A DNA stretch of 64,000 nt from Lama guanicoe (Eukaryota), in the NCBI GenBank assembly GCA_013239625.1, contig MU055785.1, forward strand, positions 622,001 to 686,000, written 5' to 3'. This document shows positions 1 to 13,503 of this stretch, piece after piece. Under the pieces are notes generated by a model. It had not been told where the DNA came from and did not search any database. It worked only from the letters and a program-made list of their open reading frames with translations. A program made the position numbers and the translations under genes. Positions within the stretch are counted from its first letter, which is position 1. Each line of letters opens with the position of its first letter.

Positions 1-381
1 TCTGTAATTTTGTCATTTCAAGAATGAAAAATGAAATCATATAGTGTGCAACCTTTGGGGATTGGCTTTTTTCACTCAGTGTAAATCTCTGGAGATGCAT
101 CCAGGTTGGTAAATGTTTGTTTCTTTCTTTTTTGTTGTTGTTATCTTTTCATTTTTCTTTTGTTCCTCATGATTGTTAAGTAGTATTCCATAGAGACAGC
201 AGAGTTAGTTTAACCCTTCACTCACTGAAGGACATCTGGGTTGTTTCCAGTTTGGGGCAGTTTAGTATGAATAAAACATCTGTGAATGTTGTACACATTC
301 ATGTACAGGTTTTTGTGTGAACATAAGTCCTCATTTTTCTATGAAAAATGCCCAGGGATACAATTGCTCAGTCATATGATA

Positions 382-866
382 CAGGCAGACCTCAGCGATA
401 TTGTGGGTTCAGTTCCAGACCACCATCACCACCACAACAAAGAAAATACCGCAATAAGATGAGTCACGTGAACTTTTGGGTTTCCCAGTGCATATAAAAT
501 TATGTTTACACTGTACTATATAGTCTGTTAAATGTGCAATAATAGCATTATGTCTAAAAAACAATGTGCATACCTTAATTTAAAAATACTTTATTGCTAA
601 AAAATGCTAAGCATATCTGAGCCTTCAACAACTAACAATCTTTTTGCAATAGTCACATCAAAGATCGCTGATCACAGATCACCATAACAAAGACAATGAA
701 ATGCTTGAAATACTGCAAGAATTACCAAAAAGTGACACAGAGACATGAAGTGAACAAATGCTATTGGAAGAATGTCACCAGAGACTTGCTCAATGCAAGG
801 TTGCCATAAACCTTCAGTTTGTAAAAACTGCAATAAAGTGAAGCACAAGAAAATGAAGTATGGCTG
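382..866 (-). mobile_element. Internally deleted Tigger1 (TcMar-Tigger) DNA transposon
   Basis: Ends caggcagacctc...gaagtatggctg are flanked by TA at 380-381 and 867-868. Both Tigger1 termini are recognisable, with no transposase between them. Confidence 0.85.
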
Positions 867-1172
867 TAGTTGTATGATGAGTATTTTAAACAACCGCCAA
901 ACTCTTCTCCAAAGTGACCACACAGCGTGTTTCATCCCCACCCACCAGCAATCTATAAGGGATCCAGTTTCTCCACATCTTCACCAGCATTTGGTGGTGT
1001 GCCTATTTTTAATTTTAGCCTTTCTGATAGGCATATAGTGATACATCACCGTGGTTTTAATTTGCATTTCCCTACTGGCTAAGGATGTTACAAATCTTTT
1101 CATGTGTATATTTGCGATCTGTATATCTCTTCATGTCTTCTGCCATTTTTTAATGACTGTTTTTTTATTGTC

Positions 1173-1202
1173 GTGTGTGTGTGTGTGTGTACACACACAC
1201 AC
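1173..1202. repeat. (GT)9(AC)6 compound microsatellite
   Basis: Read directly. Confidence 0.95.
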
Positions 1203-4200
1203 TACAAGCTAGTCCTTTGCTGAATATGTTTTTTGCAAATATTTTCTCCTAGTCTGTAGCTGTTATTTTTTTTAATCCTCTTAATAGAATCTTTCACACA
1301 AAAAAAATGTTTTCAATTTTGATGAAGTCCAAGTTATCACTGTTTCCTTTTTAGGAAATCATAGTTTTGGTATTAGATCTAAGAAGCCTTTACATATAAC
1401 CCAAAGATTTTCTCCTATGCTTTTACTAAAAGTTTTATAGTTTAACATTTCACATCTAAGTCTGGGATCCACGCTGAATTAATTTTTGTGTGAAGTTTGA
1501 GACTTTAGGTTGAGGTGCATTTATTTGTCTGCAATTGCTCCAGTATCATTTATTGAAAAGGCTCTCTTTTCTCCATGGAATTAATTTCATATTTTTGTCA
1601 AAAATTAGTTGGGTAGATTTATGTGGGTCTACTTCTGGGTTCTCTATCCCATTGCATTGACCTATATATCTACCTTCTGCCATTACCATGCACTTGCGAT
1701 TAATATAGCTATATACGAAAATTTGGAATTGGGTAGAATGTTTCTTCCACTTTATTTTTCTTTTTAAAAGTCGTTTTAGCTATTCTAGCTTCTTTGCCTT
1801 TCCACAAAGATGATTTTAAAATTTTCCACAAAATTTTAAAATAATCTTATCTGTATCTGCAAAAATATCTTCCTAGGATTTTGTAGGAACTGTGTTAAAC
1901 CTGAATATCAGTTTGGGTGGAAATGCCAGCTTTATTATGCTATCTTCCAATCCATGAACATCTTGTATCTGTTTAGATCTTCTCTGAAAGATTCTTTTTG
2001 ATTTCCGTGCTATGTAGTTACAGTATACAAGTCCTGTACATGTTTTGTTAGATTTACACCTAAGTAATTTTTTTAGCAATTGTAAATAGCATTATATTTT
2101 TAGATTTTGGTGTCCATGAATTCATTGCTAGTATGTTTGCTTGTTTGTCTGTTTATCTTGTATCCTGCAACTCTGCTGAACCTACTTATTAGTTCTAAGA
2201 GGTGTTTTACAGAGTCATTGGGATTTATGTGAACAATCAGGTCATCTGTAAATAAGGATCATTTTCTTTCTTTCTTTCTGATCTGTATTCCTTTTATTTC
2301 CTTTTCTTGCCTTATGGCACTGGCTGGAACCTCCAGCACTGTATTTATTAAGTAGTGAGAGCAAACATCCTCGCCTTGTTCCCCACCTAATGGTGGGGAA
2401 GCATCCAGTCTTTCATCATTAACGATAATGTGACAGATTTTTTTGTGGATGCCCCTGATCAGGTTGTGGACGTTCCCATTTATCCCTTTATTTTTCTATT
2501 TTTCCTTTATTTTTCTATTTATTTCCTATTTTTTAAGAATTTTTATCATGAATGCATGTTGTATATTGTTAAATACTTTTTTCTACATCAATGATATGAT
2601 CATATGAACATGGTGAATTATACTGATTGATTTTTTAATTCTGAGCCAGCTTTGCATCCTTGGCATAAAACCCTCGAGGTCATGACGTATAATTCTTTTT
2701 ATATATTGAATTCTATTTGCTAATGCATCATTAAACATTTTTGCTTCTAAATTAATAAGGGATAGTGGTCTGTAGTTTTCCCTTTTTTGTACTGTCTTTC
2801 CCCAGTTGTGATATCAAAGTAAGGAGTTGGGATGTGTTTTCTCCTCTTCTATTTTCTGGGATAGACTGTATGGATTGCTGTTAATTCTTTAAATGTTTAG
2901 TAGGCTTGTCCAGTGAAGCCATCTAGACCTAGAGATTTCTTTCTAGGGAATTTCAAATTCAATTTCTTTAATAGTTAAATGGGTATTCATCTTTTCCATA
3001 TTGAGTTTTAATAGTTTGTATTTTTTTAAGGATTGGTCCGTTTCACTTAAATTGACAAATATATGCATGTAGAGTTTTTCTGTAGAATTTTCTGATGTCT
3101 ACAGAGTCTTTAGTGATAGCTCCTGTTTCATTCCTCATACGGTAATTTGTACCTTATTTTTTCTTTCCCTTTTTTTTGTTAGTCAGTCTTAGAGATTTGT
3201 CAACTGTACTGACCTTTTCAATTAACTGCTCTTTGTTTCATTGATTTTCTCTATTGTTTTCCTGATTTCAGTTTCATTAATTTGTGTTCTTATCTTTATT
3301 ATTTCCTTCTTTCTGTTTGTCTTGGGTTTATTTTGCTCTTCTTGTTCTAGGTTCTCGAAGTGGGAGCTTAGATTACTAATGTGAGACTTTTCTTCTTTTC
3401 TAATATACGCATTTTAGTGCTATAAATTTTCCTCTTGGCATGGCTTTAGCTTTGTGCCACAAATTTTGATGTTACATTGTCATTTTCATTCAGTGCAATG
3501 TATTTTTAAATTTCCCTTGCGATGTCCTCTTTGTTTTATGGTCCAAGAAATAGTCTACCTTGGCATATGTTCCGTGGGCAGTTGAAAAGAACGTGTATTC
3601 CATTGTTGTTCAGCGGAGTGTTCTGTAAATGATGCTCAGATCCTGTTGGTTGATGGCATCTTTGCTGATTTTCTGCCAAGTTGTTCTTCCAGTCGTCGAG
3701 CGAGGAATGTTGAAATCTTAAACTGTAATGATGGATTTGTCTGTTTCTCCTTACAGTTCTATCAGTTTTTGCTTCACATATTCTGCAGCCCTGTTGTTCA
3801 GCGTATGTATGTTTAGGCTTGTTAGGTCTTCTTGGTGGATTGCCCTTTTACCATTTTAGAATGTGTCTCTCTGGTAATTTTTTTTGCTCTGAAATCTACT
3901 TTAACTAATATTAACATAGCCACTCCTCCATTTTTTTGCTTAATGTTTCCATGATAAATCTTTTCCCCTCCCTTCTACTTTCAACTTGCTTATATCAGCA
4001 TATTTGAAGTACTTCCTATAGATTGCATATACTTAGTTCATATTTTTTAATGCACTCTGCCAATCTCTTGTCTTTTAATTGGTGTATTTAGACCACTTAC
4101 ATTTAGGGTAATTATTGATATGTTCGAGCTTCAGTCTGACATTTTGTTTTGTGCTTGTTCTCTTTTTCCTTTTTCTGTTTTCTTTTTCCTGCTTTCTTGT

Positions 4201-5339
4201 GGGTTACTGGAACTTTTTATTTAGAGTTCCATTTTGATTTATCTGCAGGTTTTTGACTGTATCTCTTTGCACAGCTCTTCTAGTGGTTGCTCTAAGTACT
4301 GCATTACAAATACAGACTAGATAAGCCTATCTATCTGTATCTATTGGCATCTATGGCTATTGTCACAGTCTACTGGTGTCATCATTTTACCAGTTCAAGA
4401 GAAGCTTATAAACAAAAATGTCCCTTTTGTTTACAATATAATTGTCTTAAAAGATTTCCTCTGTATACATTTAGAACCATATCAGACACTGTTACCATTT
4501 TTGCTTCAGGCATCAATCATTCCCATGTATCCTCTTCTGACAGCATAAGAATATATTGGCAGACAGGGGTGAAGGTCCTGACTCTCTATTATGCCTCCTC
4601 TGACCCCACCGTAGAGGACGGAGACAGGGGCTTGTCATTTCCGTCAGGTGGAGGTGGAAATCCAGACTCCTCCTACGGTCTCCACTGACACCAACAAGGG
4701 GAGGGCCTCATGACCACGTGATGGAGATGTAAGTCCCTGCTCCCTAACTCAGCCTTCTCTGACACCACCTACTGGTGTTCTGGGAGCATCCATGAGAAAA
4801 ATGCAAGTCGCATGCTTGGCTTAGAGCCTGGCATGTGCTGGAGGCTGAGTCCATGCATGACAGCCATGCTGGATTGAGCTGATGGGAGAAGCCCTGATGT
4901 AATGACTGGCCCTGCCCCTCCCTGGCCCTGAGATCTTGAACAAGTCACGCTACCTCCCTGTGCTTCAGTTTCCTCAGCTCTCAGCAGGGAGAAATAATAC
5001 TAACCTATGATTATGTTTGTCAGAGTTACCTGCCACACAGCTTTACTACAAACAAACACTATGATGGAGCTTGACCTTATTAAGCACTTACTGCTTACCA
5101 GGCCCAGTGTTACCAACTTGACAGGCACTAACTCAAGGAATCCTCACACTAAGCTGATGAAAAATAATACGGCTTTTTAAAATCCCCCTTTTACAGAGAA
5201 GGAAACAAACATTTGTTACATAGCAAGTGCTAACTGATACAAACTCAAAAGACCACAGAAGAGGTATTCTGCTTCGGCTCAGTAATTCCATTCTCAGAGA
5301 TTTATCCTAAGGCAACAGTCCTGGTCACATGCAAAGATA

Positions 5340-6026
5340 CAATCAATTCTCATTATTCACTGTAGCTATATCCTATAAAGTCACCACGAACACTGAATTA
5401 ACAAATACTGAATCATGGCTCCTAGAGGAAGCACAGGGTTAGGTTCCTGCAGGCCTGTGGTCACATTTTCATCAACCAATTAATATATAACCTGGTTTTG
5501 TGTGTGTTTCTGTTTAAAGACACTTTATTTAATATATACATTGATGACATGTATATATATATATATAAAAACATAAATATATATACTTGATTCATTAACA
5601 CTGAATGCATAGCCAATAGCACTATAACTCATGTCTGAATGAAGCTAATCTAACACATACATTTTCTCCATACGGCCTTCCTGGGCTTAGGAACCCTAGA
5701 CAGCACTTTATCACTATACTTGGGGGCCATGTGAAGTAGCAAAAGCATGCTAGAACACACAAATGCTAAAAATGTGGCACTCAACATACCATGAAAGGAT
5801 ACTTGTTCACAGTACGAGTTCAAATAAGAAGCTAGAGCATCGTCCCGTTCAACCCCAGCTGGCAATGTATGCACTGGGTGACTCAAATTTGTTACCGCTC
5901 TGTGCATAAGCACGCCCACAAATGACTACAAAGGGACTGCAAAAATGGCTCTGGAGGGTCACAAATAAATTTTAAAGATGAATTGAATTTGCAAATACGG
6001 TGTCCATGAAAAATGAGGATCCACTG
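5340..6026 (+). mobile_element. MER82-like TcMar-Tigger non-autonomous element
   Basis: Inverted ends caatcaattctcattattc / gaaaaatgaggatccactg with TA flanks; internal sequence resembles the recalled MER82 consensus. Confidence 0.8.
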
Positions 6027-7000
6027 TATATGTGGAAAGATGTTTAGCACACCCCCATTTGCTAGGGAAACAGACCCTAGATGGAAACAATGAGAGGAAA
6101 TGGGTCAAAACATTCCATAGCAGGAACTGGACAGAATGCCCTGAATGAGGGATCTGATCAGAAAAACAGAGTGGAGTAGGCACTGGGGAGAATGCACAGC
6201 AGCCAACAGTCACTTCCCGGAGCCCAGCCATGGCCGTCTCCTTTCTTGGGGTCTGTGGTCTCCAGTCTCCACATGTCCTGGTAACAGCTGGACAACATGA
6301 ACCATGGCGTGTGGACACATCCTTTTCCCCTTGTGAAGCCTGACTATTCCCAGGCCACCGGGAGCCACAGGAGGTTTTTAAGCAGGAAAAAGAAAATAAT
6401 TTTATAGAAGACTATTTGGTGCTTAACAATATGTAGAAATGTTCCGGATGTGCTGGGAGATGAAAAAGGCAGGTTGGAAAACAGCATGTCCCAGTTTTAT
6501 AAAACACATGGGTACACACACACTGTAATTGAAATTATCTCTGAGTGACAGGATTCTAGTTATGGGTGAGTTTCCTTTTTACACTTCCTGTGCTGTATTT
6601 TCTACTTCTTTTGCAAAGGGCATGCAACAGTATAAAATTTGGGGGGGAAATTATCTTTTTGAAAGGGGGAGAAGGCATTCTATAAATTCAAGGTGTTCGA
6701 TCCAGACCCCAGCACCTTTCACAAACTCAGCAGAACCACAGCTGGAAGAATGACCAGACAGACAACGCTCCTGTGAAGATTTTTCAAAATTTAAACATGG
6801 ATCTTGGCACACAAAGTGCTCACTCATCCACATAAACCTCATTACTGAGGTAATAAATCTTGCAGCTCTGCCATCCACAGTAGCGCGGGCTGCAGCTGCC
6901 AGAGCTGAACTGGGCCTGCGCTGCCCTGGCAAATCAGATGCTCCAGCCTCACAGGGAAAGGGGAGCATCGTTCATGAGAAACAACAGTAAAGGCTTAGAA

Positions 7001-7210
7001 CCAGGGGGGCAATTTTGCTCCCCACCTCCCTGCAAGAAGACATCTGCCAATGTCTGGAGACATTTTTGGTTGTCACAACTAAGAAGGTGCTACTGGCATC
7101 TAGTGTGTAGACCACGGATGTTGCTTAATATCCTGCAAAACCCAGGCCAACCTCCATCCCATCCCACACCAAAAGAGGCTTAGGCCCCAGGAGTCAACTG
7201 AGAAACCCTG
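7001..7210 (+). mobile_element. MER20 (hAT-Charlie)
   Basis: Typical MER20 motifs: gggggcaattttgc...caatgtctggagacatttttggttgtcacaact...gctactggcatctagtg...gagaaaccctg. Confidence 0.8.
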
Positions 7211-7408
7211 GCTCAGGTATAAGGAGTCTTCTTAAGTCTCAGTGGGTGAAGGGCTTCACAGGAAAGAGCTTATTTCATCCTCACAGCCATCCTAGGAGAT
7301 ATGGCCTATTACACGCCCATTTTACAGAAGCGGGAACTGAGGCTTTGTAGGGGGAAGGAACTTCAGATGACATAACCAGATCTTGCAGAATCAAGAATCA
7401 CATCACAA

Positions 7409-7525
7409 GGGGAGAGTAGAGCTCAGAGTTCATGCTTAGCATGCATGAGGCCCTGGGTTCAATCCCCAGGACCTCCATTAAAAATAAACAAATTAACCTA
7501 ATTATACCCCCCGCCAAAAAAAAAA
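7409..7525 (+). mobile_element. tRNA-derived SINE (camelid Vic-1-like)
   Basis: B-box gggttcaatccc, tail aacctaatta...ccccc + A-run, and aagaatcacat repeated on both flanks. Confidence 0.85.
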
Positions 7526-7622
7526 GAATCACATGGCATTTCTGACTTTAGAACCTGCTGTCTCCTACCCCCTGCACCCAAATTGCTGAGTTATTTTTGT
7601 TTGATTTTTATTGAAATATACA

Positions 7623-7742
7623 TTTTTTTTGGTAGCGGGAGGTATTTATATTTATTTATTTTAATGGAGGTACTGGGGATTGAACCCAGAACCTCGTGCA
7701 TGCTAGGCATGCGCCCTACCACTGAGCAATATCCTCCACCCC
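7623..7742 (-). mobile_element. tRNA-derived SINE (Vic-1-like) inserted at the end of a short antisense L1 3' fragment (to ~7855)
   Basis: Reverse complement has A-box gctcagtggtag and B-box gggttcaatccc; TSD ttattgaa(a/g)tata. Confidence 0.85.
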
Positions 7743-8837
7743 TTATTGAAGTATATTTGATTTACAATGTTGTGTTAGTTTCTGGTGTACAACATAGTGA
7801 TTCAGTTATACATATATTTATATATACACGTATATATATTCTTTTTCATTATAGTTGATTACTACTATTTGGGATTTTTTTTTAATTATGGAAACTTTCA
7901 GATAGAAACTAAAGAAATCACTCGCACAGCCCCCATGCTCCCACTGTCCAGGGCCAGGGCCGCAAGTGGAACTTCAAGAACACCGCGCTCTCCTGCAGAA
8001 TCAGGAACCCCCGAACGTGCCGACAGAAACCACACCAGACTGGGGACCTCAAGGCCACCAGAGTCCCTCAGTCAGGTGGTTTGGAGTTTGTTCACTTTCC
8101 CTTTTACAGGTTTTGATCGCAGCCTCCATCAGCGGCTGCCTTTTCCAGCAGACGAGTTGAGTGTCAGATCATCTGCTGTCTCCTCAAGGAAGCGCACCTC
8201 CTCTTCTGAGAGGCGAGAAAACGGCTTTTCCCAAAGGGAAAGTGAGCTGGGAGAACGGATGCTCTGAAACACAGACGCTCCCACCACCCAAATTGCTAGT
8301 AGCAGGAAGGAACTATGTGTGACGTGGGCGTCTAAGTAGCTCTCCCTCCGCGTCTGCGGGATGCAAAAATTCTTCCGGTAATAGGTGGCCATAGATTTTA
8401 TTCAAACAAATGCTTTCTGGTTTCTACTTTGTGCCAGGCAGCAATAGTCCGCAGGCTTCTTGCAGATGAGGCCAGACCTTCAAGGTGGGTTGGGAGAAAC
8501 TGGGTTTGTAATCCAGATAGAGGCTTTTATGAGTCCCTAGTTATGTTTGAACTGAATGAACTACAGGTGTTGGGGAAAAGCAGCAGAAGAGGCAACTATG
8601 AACGTGAGCTTTGGACTCAGACAGCACTGGGTTCAGAGTCCTAATAGGCTGTGTGACTCTAGGTAAGTTATCAGCCTCTCTGAACCACAGTTCCCTCAAC
8701 TGGAAAGTGAAGACTGTTCATTCAACATGTTTTGAGCCCCTGCGACATGCCAATAAGTGGTTTCTATTCTCTTAATTACTATTCAGAATCCTATCATTTT
8801 TCCTCTGTTCTTCCAATACCTTGGCCAGGGCCACTCG

Positions 8838-9308
8838 GGTGGATTGTAAAAACAGCCATGACTTATTCTCCTTTATCCAGTCATGCCCTGTAGGGCTGCC
8901 CTTCACTCTGACTCTGGCCTTGACCAGGCGACTGGCCTTAGCCAATGGCACATGAACAAACATGCACATATGCAAAGACTTGAAAACCGTGTATGGACGG
9001 AGATTATGCTTTTTCGCTGTACTTGGATCCCATCTACCATGTGAAAAAGCCTGGGCTATCCTGCTGGATGATGATAGTCCATGGCCCAGTAGCAGCTTAT
9101 CACCCCAGCCAGCCGCCACCACCCACCAGACATATGAGTGGGGACATCCTAGGTGATCCAGCCATGAGCCAACCTCCCATCTGATTACAGATGCAGAGCA
9201 AACCCACAGCCAAGCCAGTCCCCAGAATGGTGAGCTAAATAATATATATTGTTTTAGGCCACTAACACTTTGGGGTGGTTTGTTACACAGCAGTAGGTAA
9301 CTGATACA
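8838..9308 (+). mobile_element. MLT1-family (ERVL-MaLR) solo LTR
   Basis: 3' end ttgttttaggccac...ggggtggtttgttacacagcagtaggtaactgataca is typical of MLT1. Confidence 0.75.
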
Positions 9309-9974
9309 TAGCCCTTATCCTCCCACTTTCTGGACCAAGAAATTGAGGCTCAACAAGGCTTGCCAGAGCTACAGGGCCAACACTCAGTCTCTTTCCCCTA
9401 CACCATGCAGTGAGGCCCTTTCTGACATCCGCAGCCCCCTGATGCAGGGCTAGTTACTGAGAAGACAGCTGCCGGAGAGAGGGCTGGGCTCACTTTCTCA
9501 GTTCAGTGGCCCACTGGGAAACCTGGGTCAAGCCTTTAGCCTCGTTAACCTGGAAGATCTGTAATCTGCTGCTCAGAAGCTCTGGAGAGATATGTCCAGC
9601 CTGGTGCATGGGGTGGAGACCCACATTGTGAGCTAGAGGATGCAGGCTCTTTGAGAGCCCACCATTCACCGGGGGACTCTCAAATATTCACCAGTCCCCT
9701 CTGTGTCCTGGCCACCTGCTCTGGGTATCTGATGGCCAGCATGGGGGGCAGGGGATGATGTATGAACTCTCTAAAATAAGTAGGAATGAAAATAACACTT
9801 TCTTTGCAGAAGATGGAATAAAATAGCAGAAACTACCCAGAAGCCCCCTTTACAGAGCACAGCCTCTGTCACTGTGTAAAGTCTGGGTACAGAACTGAAC
9901 ATGGGTCACCTAATTTTCTCCTCCCGCAAATGCCATCATGTGGATATAAGGATACAGATTAAAAAGTTACCAGG

Positions 9975-10170
9975 GCACTGGCTGAGGACTCAGACTGCCT
10001 GGACTTAAATCCTGGCTGGACCGTTTACTAGCAAATGACCTCACATCCCTGTGCCATGCCTTCCCCATCTGTAAAATGGGGGTGTGATAACAGTGGCTAC
10101 TTTGGGGTTGTTATGAGGACAAAGTGAGTTAATGAATATAAAGTACTTAAAACAAGGTCTGACACCCAGT
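9975..10170 (+). mobile_element. MIR SINE (representative; similar MIR fragments near 8610, 10600, 12100, 14570, 15710, 16000, 16630, 17650, 19990, 52850)
   Basis: MIR core ccccatctgtaaaatgggg...gggttgttatgagga...aagtgagttaat. Confidence 0.75.
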
Positions 10171-10760
10171 GCACGCCAGCTGTCATCACTGACACTTTTT
10201 TAGGGGTGAAGACACTGGGACTTCAGAGAGGTGACTGCACTGATTCATTTCACTCAGCTAAGCTGATGCTGAGCCGAACTGTGGCCCCTGGTCTGACGGA
10301 TGCTAATAACAACCCCATCGCTCCTGGAAGTTCCAGGACCATCTGGAACTTCTGCCCACCACACAGGGTCCTGCCTCTGCAGCCAGAGTTCCTGCCCCAA
10401 AGTCAAATGAGGACTTGCTCTTTAAGGTCCCAACTACATAAATGGATTGCAGGATGGTTTCTCCAAAATCCACACATAGCCCTGAAAATCCAAGGAAAAG
10501 AACTTGTTAAAGCATTTGTTACACTGTATTGCAATTATGTGCTTTCCTGATCATCTTTACTGGCAGAAACAGCTACCATATATGATAGGCTTCCTCTGTG
10601 CTGAGTATCCACATGCACACGTTGCCTTATTCAATCTGCACAACAACCCAGCAAGGTACAATGATTAGACCTATTCTACAGATGGAGAAACTGAGGCTCA
10701 GAGCAGAGCAAGTCTTTGATCCATAGCACACAATTGGGATTCATATATGAGTCTGTCTTC

Positions 10761-12010
10761 ATTTCTCCAGTGAAGACACAGAGATGGCCAACGGGCACAT
10801 GAAAAGATGCTCAATATCGCTAGTTATCAGAGAAATGCAAATCAAAACTACCATGAGGTATCACCTCACACTGGTCAGAATGGCCATCATCAAAAAGTCT
10901 ACAAATGATAAATGCTGGAGAGGCTGTGGAGAAAAGGGAACCCTCCTGCCCTGTTGGTGGGAATGTGATTTAGCACAGCCACTGTGGAAAATAGTATGGA
11001 GATTCCTTAAGAAACTAAAAATAGTTACCCTATGATCCAGCAATCCCACTCCTGAGCATATATCCAGAAAAAACTCTAATTTGAAAAGATAAATGCACCC
11101 CAATGTTCATATCAGCACTATATCCAATAGCCAAGACATGGAAGGAGCTTAAATGTCCACTGACAGATGACTGGATAAAGAAGATATGTTTTATATATAT
11201 ACAGTGGAATACTATTCAGCCATAAAAAAGAATCAAATAACGCCATTTGAAGCAATATGGATGGACCTAGAGATTATCGTAGTACATGAAATAAGCCAGA
11301 AAGAGAAAGAAAAATACCATATGATATCACTTACATGCAGAATCTAAAAAAAATGACACAAATGAACTTATTACAAAACAGAAACAAAAAGACAGAAATG
11401 AACTTATTTATAAAACAGAAACAGACTCACAGACATAGAAAATAAACTTACTGTTATGAGGCCAGGGGCAAAGGGATGAGAAGGGATAAACTGGGAGTTC
11501 AAAATTTGCAGATACTAACTACTGTATATAAAATAGGTAAACAACAAGTTTCTTCTGTACAGCACAGGGAACTATATTCAGTATCTTGTAGTAATCTACA
11601 ATGAAAACAAATGTATGTATGTATATATATATAAGTAAACATTATGGTGTACACCAGAAACTGACACAACATTGTAAACTGACTATATTAAAAAAACCAA
11701 ACAAAACCCAAAAAACAAAAAAACAGAAACAGACTCACAGACATGGAAAACAAACTTACGGTTACTAAAAGGGGAAGGTGGGGAGGGATAAATTAGGAGT
11801 TTGGATTATCAGGTACAAACTATTATATACAAAAGAGATAAACAACAAGGTCCTACTGTATAGCACAGGGAACTATATTCACTAGCTTATAATAACCTAT
11901 AATGAAAAAGAAGATGAAAAATAATGTATATAAATGTTTAACAGAACACTATGTTGTACACGAGAAACTAACACACCATTAAAAATCAACTAAACTTCAA
12001 TTTGAAAAAA
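10761..12010 (+). mobile_element. 5'-truncated, relatively young LINE-1 (ORF2 C-terminus + 3' UTR) followed by a second L1 3' UTR copy
   Basis: ORF 10784..11035 ([25 protein letters not shown]...[18 protein letters not shown]) is the L1 ORF2 C-terminus. Flanking repeat atgagtctg(t/c)ctt at 10747-10759 and 12011-12023. Confidence 0.92.
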
Positions 12011-13017
12011 ATGAGTCTGCCTTATTTTGTGATGTGGGCTCATTCAAGGCACTGTGGGACCCTTCACTACTGACAGTAATAAAGTCAGCAGTTGTGAACA
12101 CATGCCGTGCTCTGGTTTCAGTACTAATTATTTCATAGGCATAGCTCATTTAATCCTCAAACTATTGCAAATAGATGGACACTGTTATTATCTCCTCCTT
12201 TTAATAGAGGAAACTGATGTTCAGAGAGGTGCAGAAACTTGTCCAAGGTCACACAGCTTGTAGACAGGACAGCTGGGATCTGAACGCAGTACTAACTCCA
12301 TCTATGGGCTTGTTACTCCATGTGCTGCCTCCATGAACAACTTCGAGCACCAAAACCATGATTTACAGTCCTTTGAATTTTCTCAACAGCGTCTGAAATG
12401 CTAAATAAATATTTACCGAACATATTAATAATTGAAGGAACAGAGCCCTTTGGTATTTCTCCAAGTGCCCATGCAGGTTCCCCAGGTCTGGGTGTCACGT
12501 AGGGGATCTTTTGAGCACATGAGCCAGAGAAATAGAAGATGACCTGTTCATGACAACCGTTACTCTGGTTGTACGGCCTCTGATAAAACATTCCTTTGAA
12601 AGCCAGATATTTTTGCTTACATTCCTTAAAAAGCTTTTGAGAATCCAGAGAAAGAAAGAAGCAATGAGTTGACAAAAGACTGGGCTTTTTCTGCTGCCCT
12701 GCTCGGACTACGAGCTGGTTTTGCTGGGCACAGAAACAAGCTGTGAACATCTCTCCCTGGAACGGCTCAAGGCCACAAATCAAAAACCAATCTGCATGTG
12801 GGACCAGCGTGGAAAGGGCTGTTGGTCACATACGGGGCTTGCCAAATACACTCTGCATCCCCAGGGCTGATAGGAACTCCTATCAAGAGGTCATTTTAGA
12901 CCATCAGGTCAGTTACATGTCAAAGGAAGCACTGACCATTTGGCAATATAAAAAGGAAAGAAAAAAAACGGCATTCTCCATCATGAATCTTAGGAATGCT
13001 CTGGTCTTTGGTTCAGG

Positions 13018-13503
13018 ATGTTAGTTATCTACAGCGGTGAAACAAATCACCCAGAACGTATTGGCTTAAAACAGCAAAATCGTTTATCATCTCTTGTGGG
13101 CTGGGAATTTGGAAGCAGCCTCACCGCATGGTTTGGGCTCAGGGCTTCTCGTGAGCCTGCAATGGGATGAAAGCGAGGCCTGCAGTCTGCAGAAGGCTTG
13201 CCTGAGACACCGCTCCCATTCGCAAGTTGGTCCCCCTGTGTGATTGACAAGTTGCCTGTTGGTGGGAGGCTTCAGTTCCTCCTCAAGTCTGTTTGAGTGT
13301 GGCCGTTGGCGTCCCCAGATTGAGAGATACCAGAGACCAAGACAGAGGCTGCAATGCCTTTTATAATTCAACCCTGAAAGTCACACACTGTCACATCCGC
13401 CCAATCAGGGCCAGCCCTAATTCATTATAGAAGGTAATATAAATAAGGGTGTGAGTATTAGGAGGTGAGGATAGCTGGGGGTTCCCTTGGAGCCAGGCTA
13501 CCA
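13018..13503 (-). mobile_element. MLT1-family solo LTR
   Basis: Antisense MaLR LTR motifs tgttagttatct...aacaaatcaccc...tggcttaaaacagcaa...ggctacca. Confidence 0.7.

Larger units (their letters stand above)
1..4530 (-). mobile_element. Old, degenerate LINE-1 (L1M-type) ORF2/3' region, interrupted by a Tigger1 derivative
   Basis: T-rich antisense L1 motifs (gacatctgggttgtttccagtttgggg; ttaatttgcatttccct; gatgaagtccaa); no intact ORF; boundaries approximate. Confidence 0.85.

Noticed and set aside
8129..8392. 87-aa ATG ORF (…LSEEEVRFLEE…) with an internal acceptor-like tract near 8207
   Set aside because: No convincing donor, no recognisable family and no supporting exons. It cannot be excluded as a non-coding exon without RNA data.
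10784..11035. Functional protein from the L1 ORF2 fragment
   Set aside because: 5'-truncated, lacks endonuclease and RT domains, and terminates prematurely.
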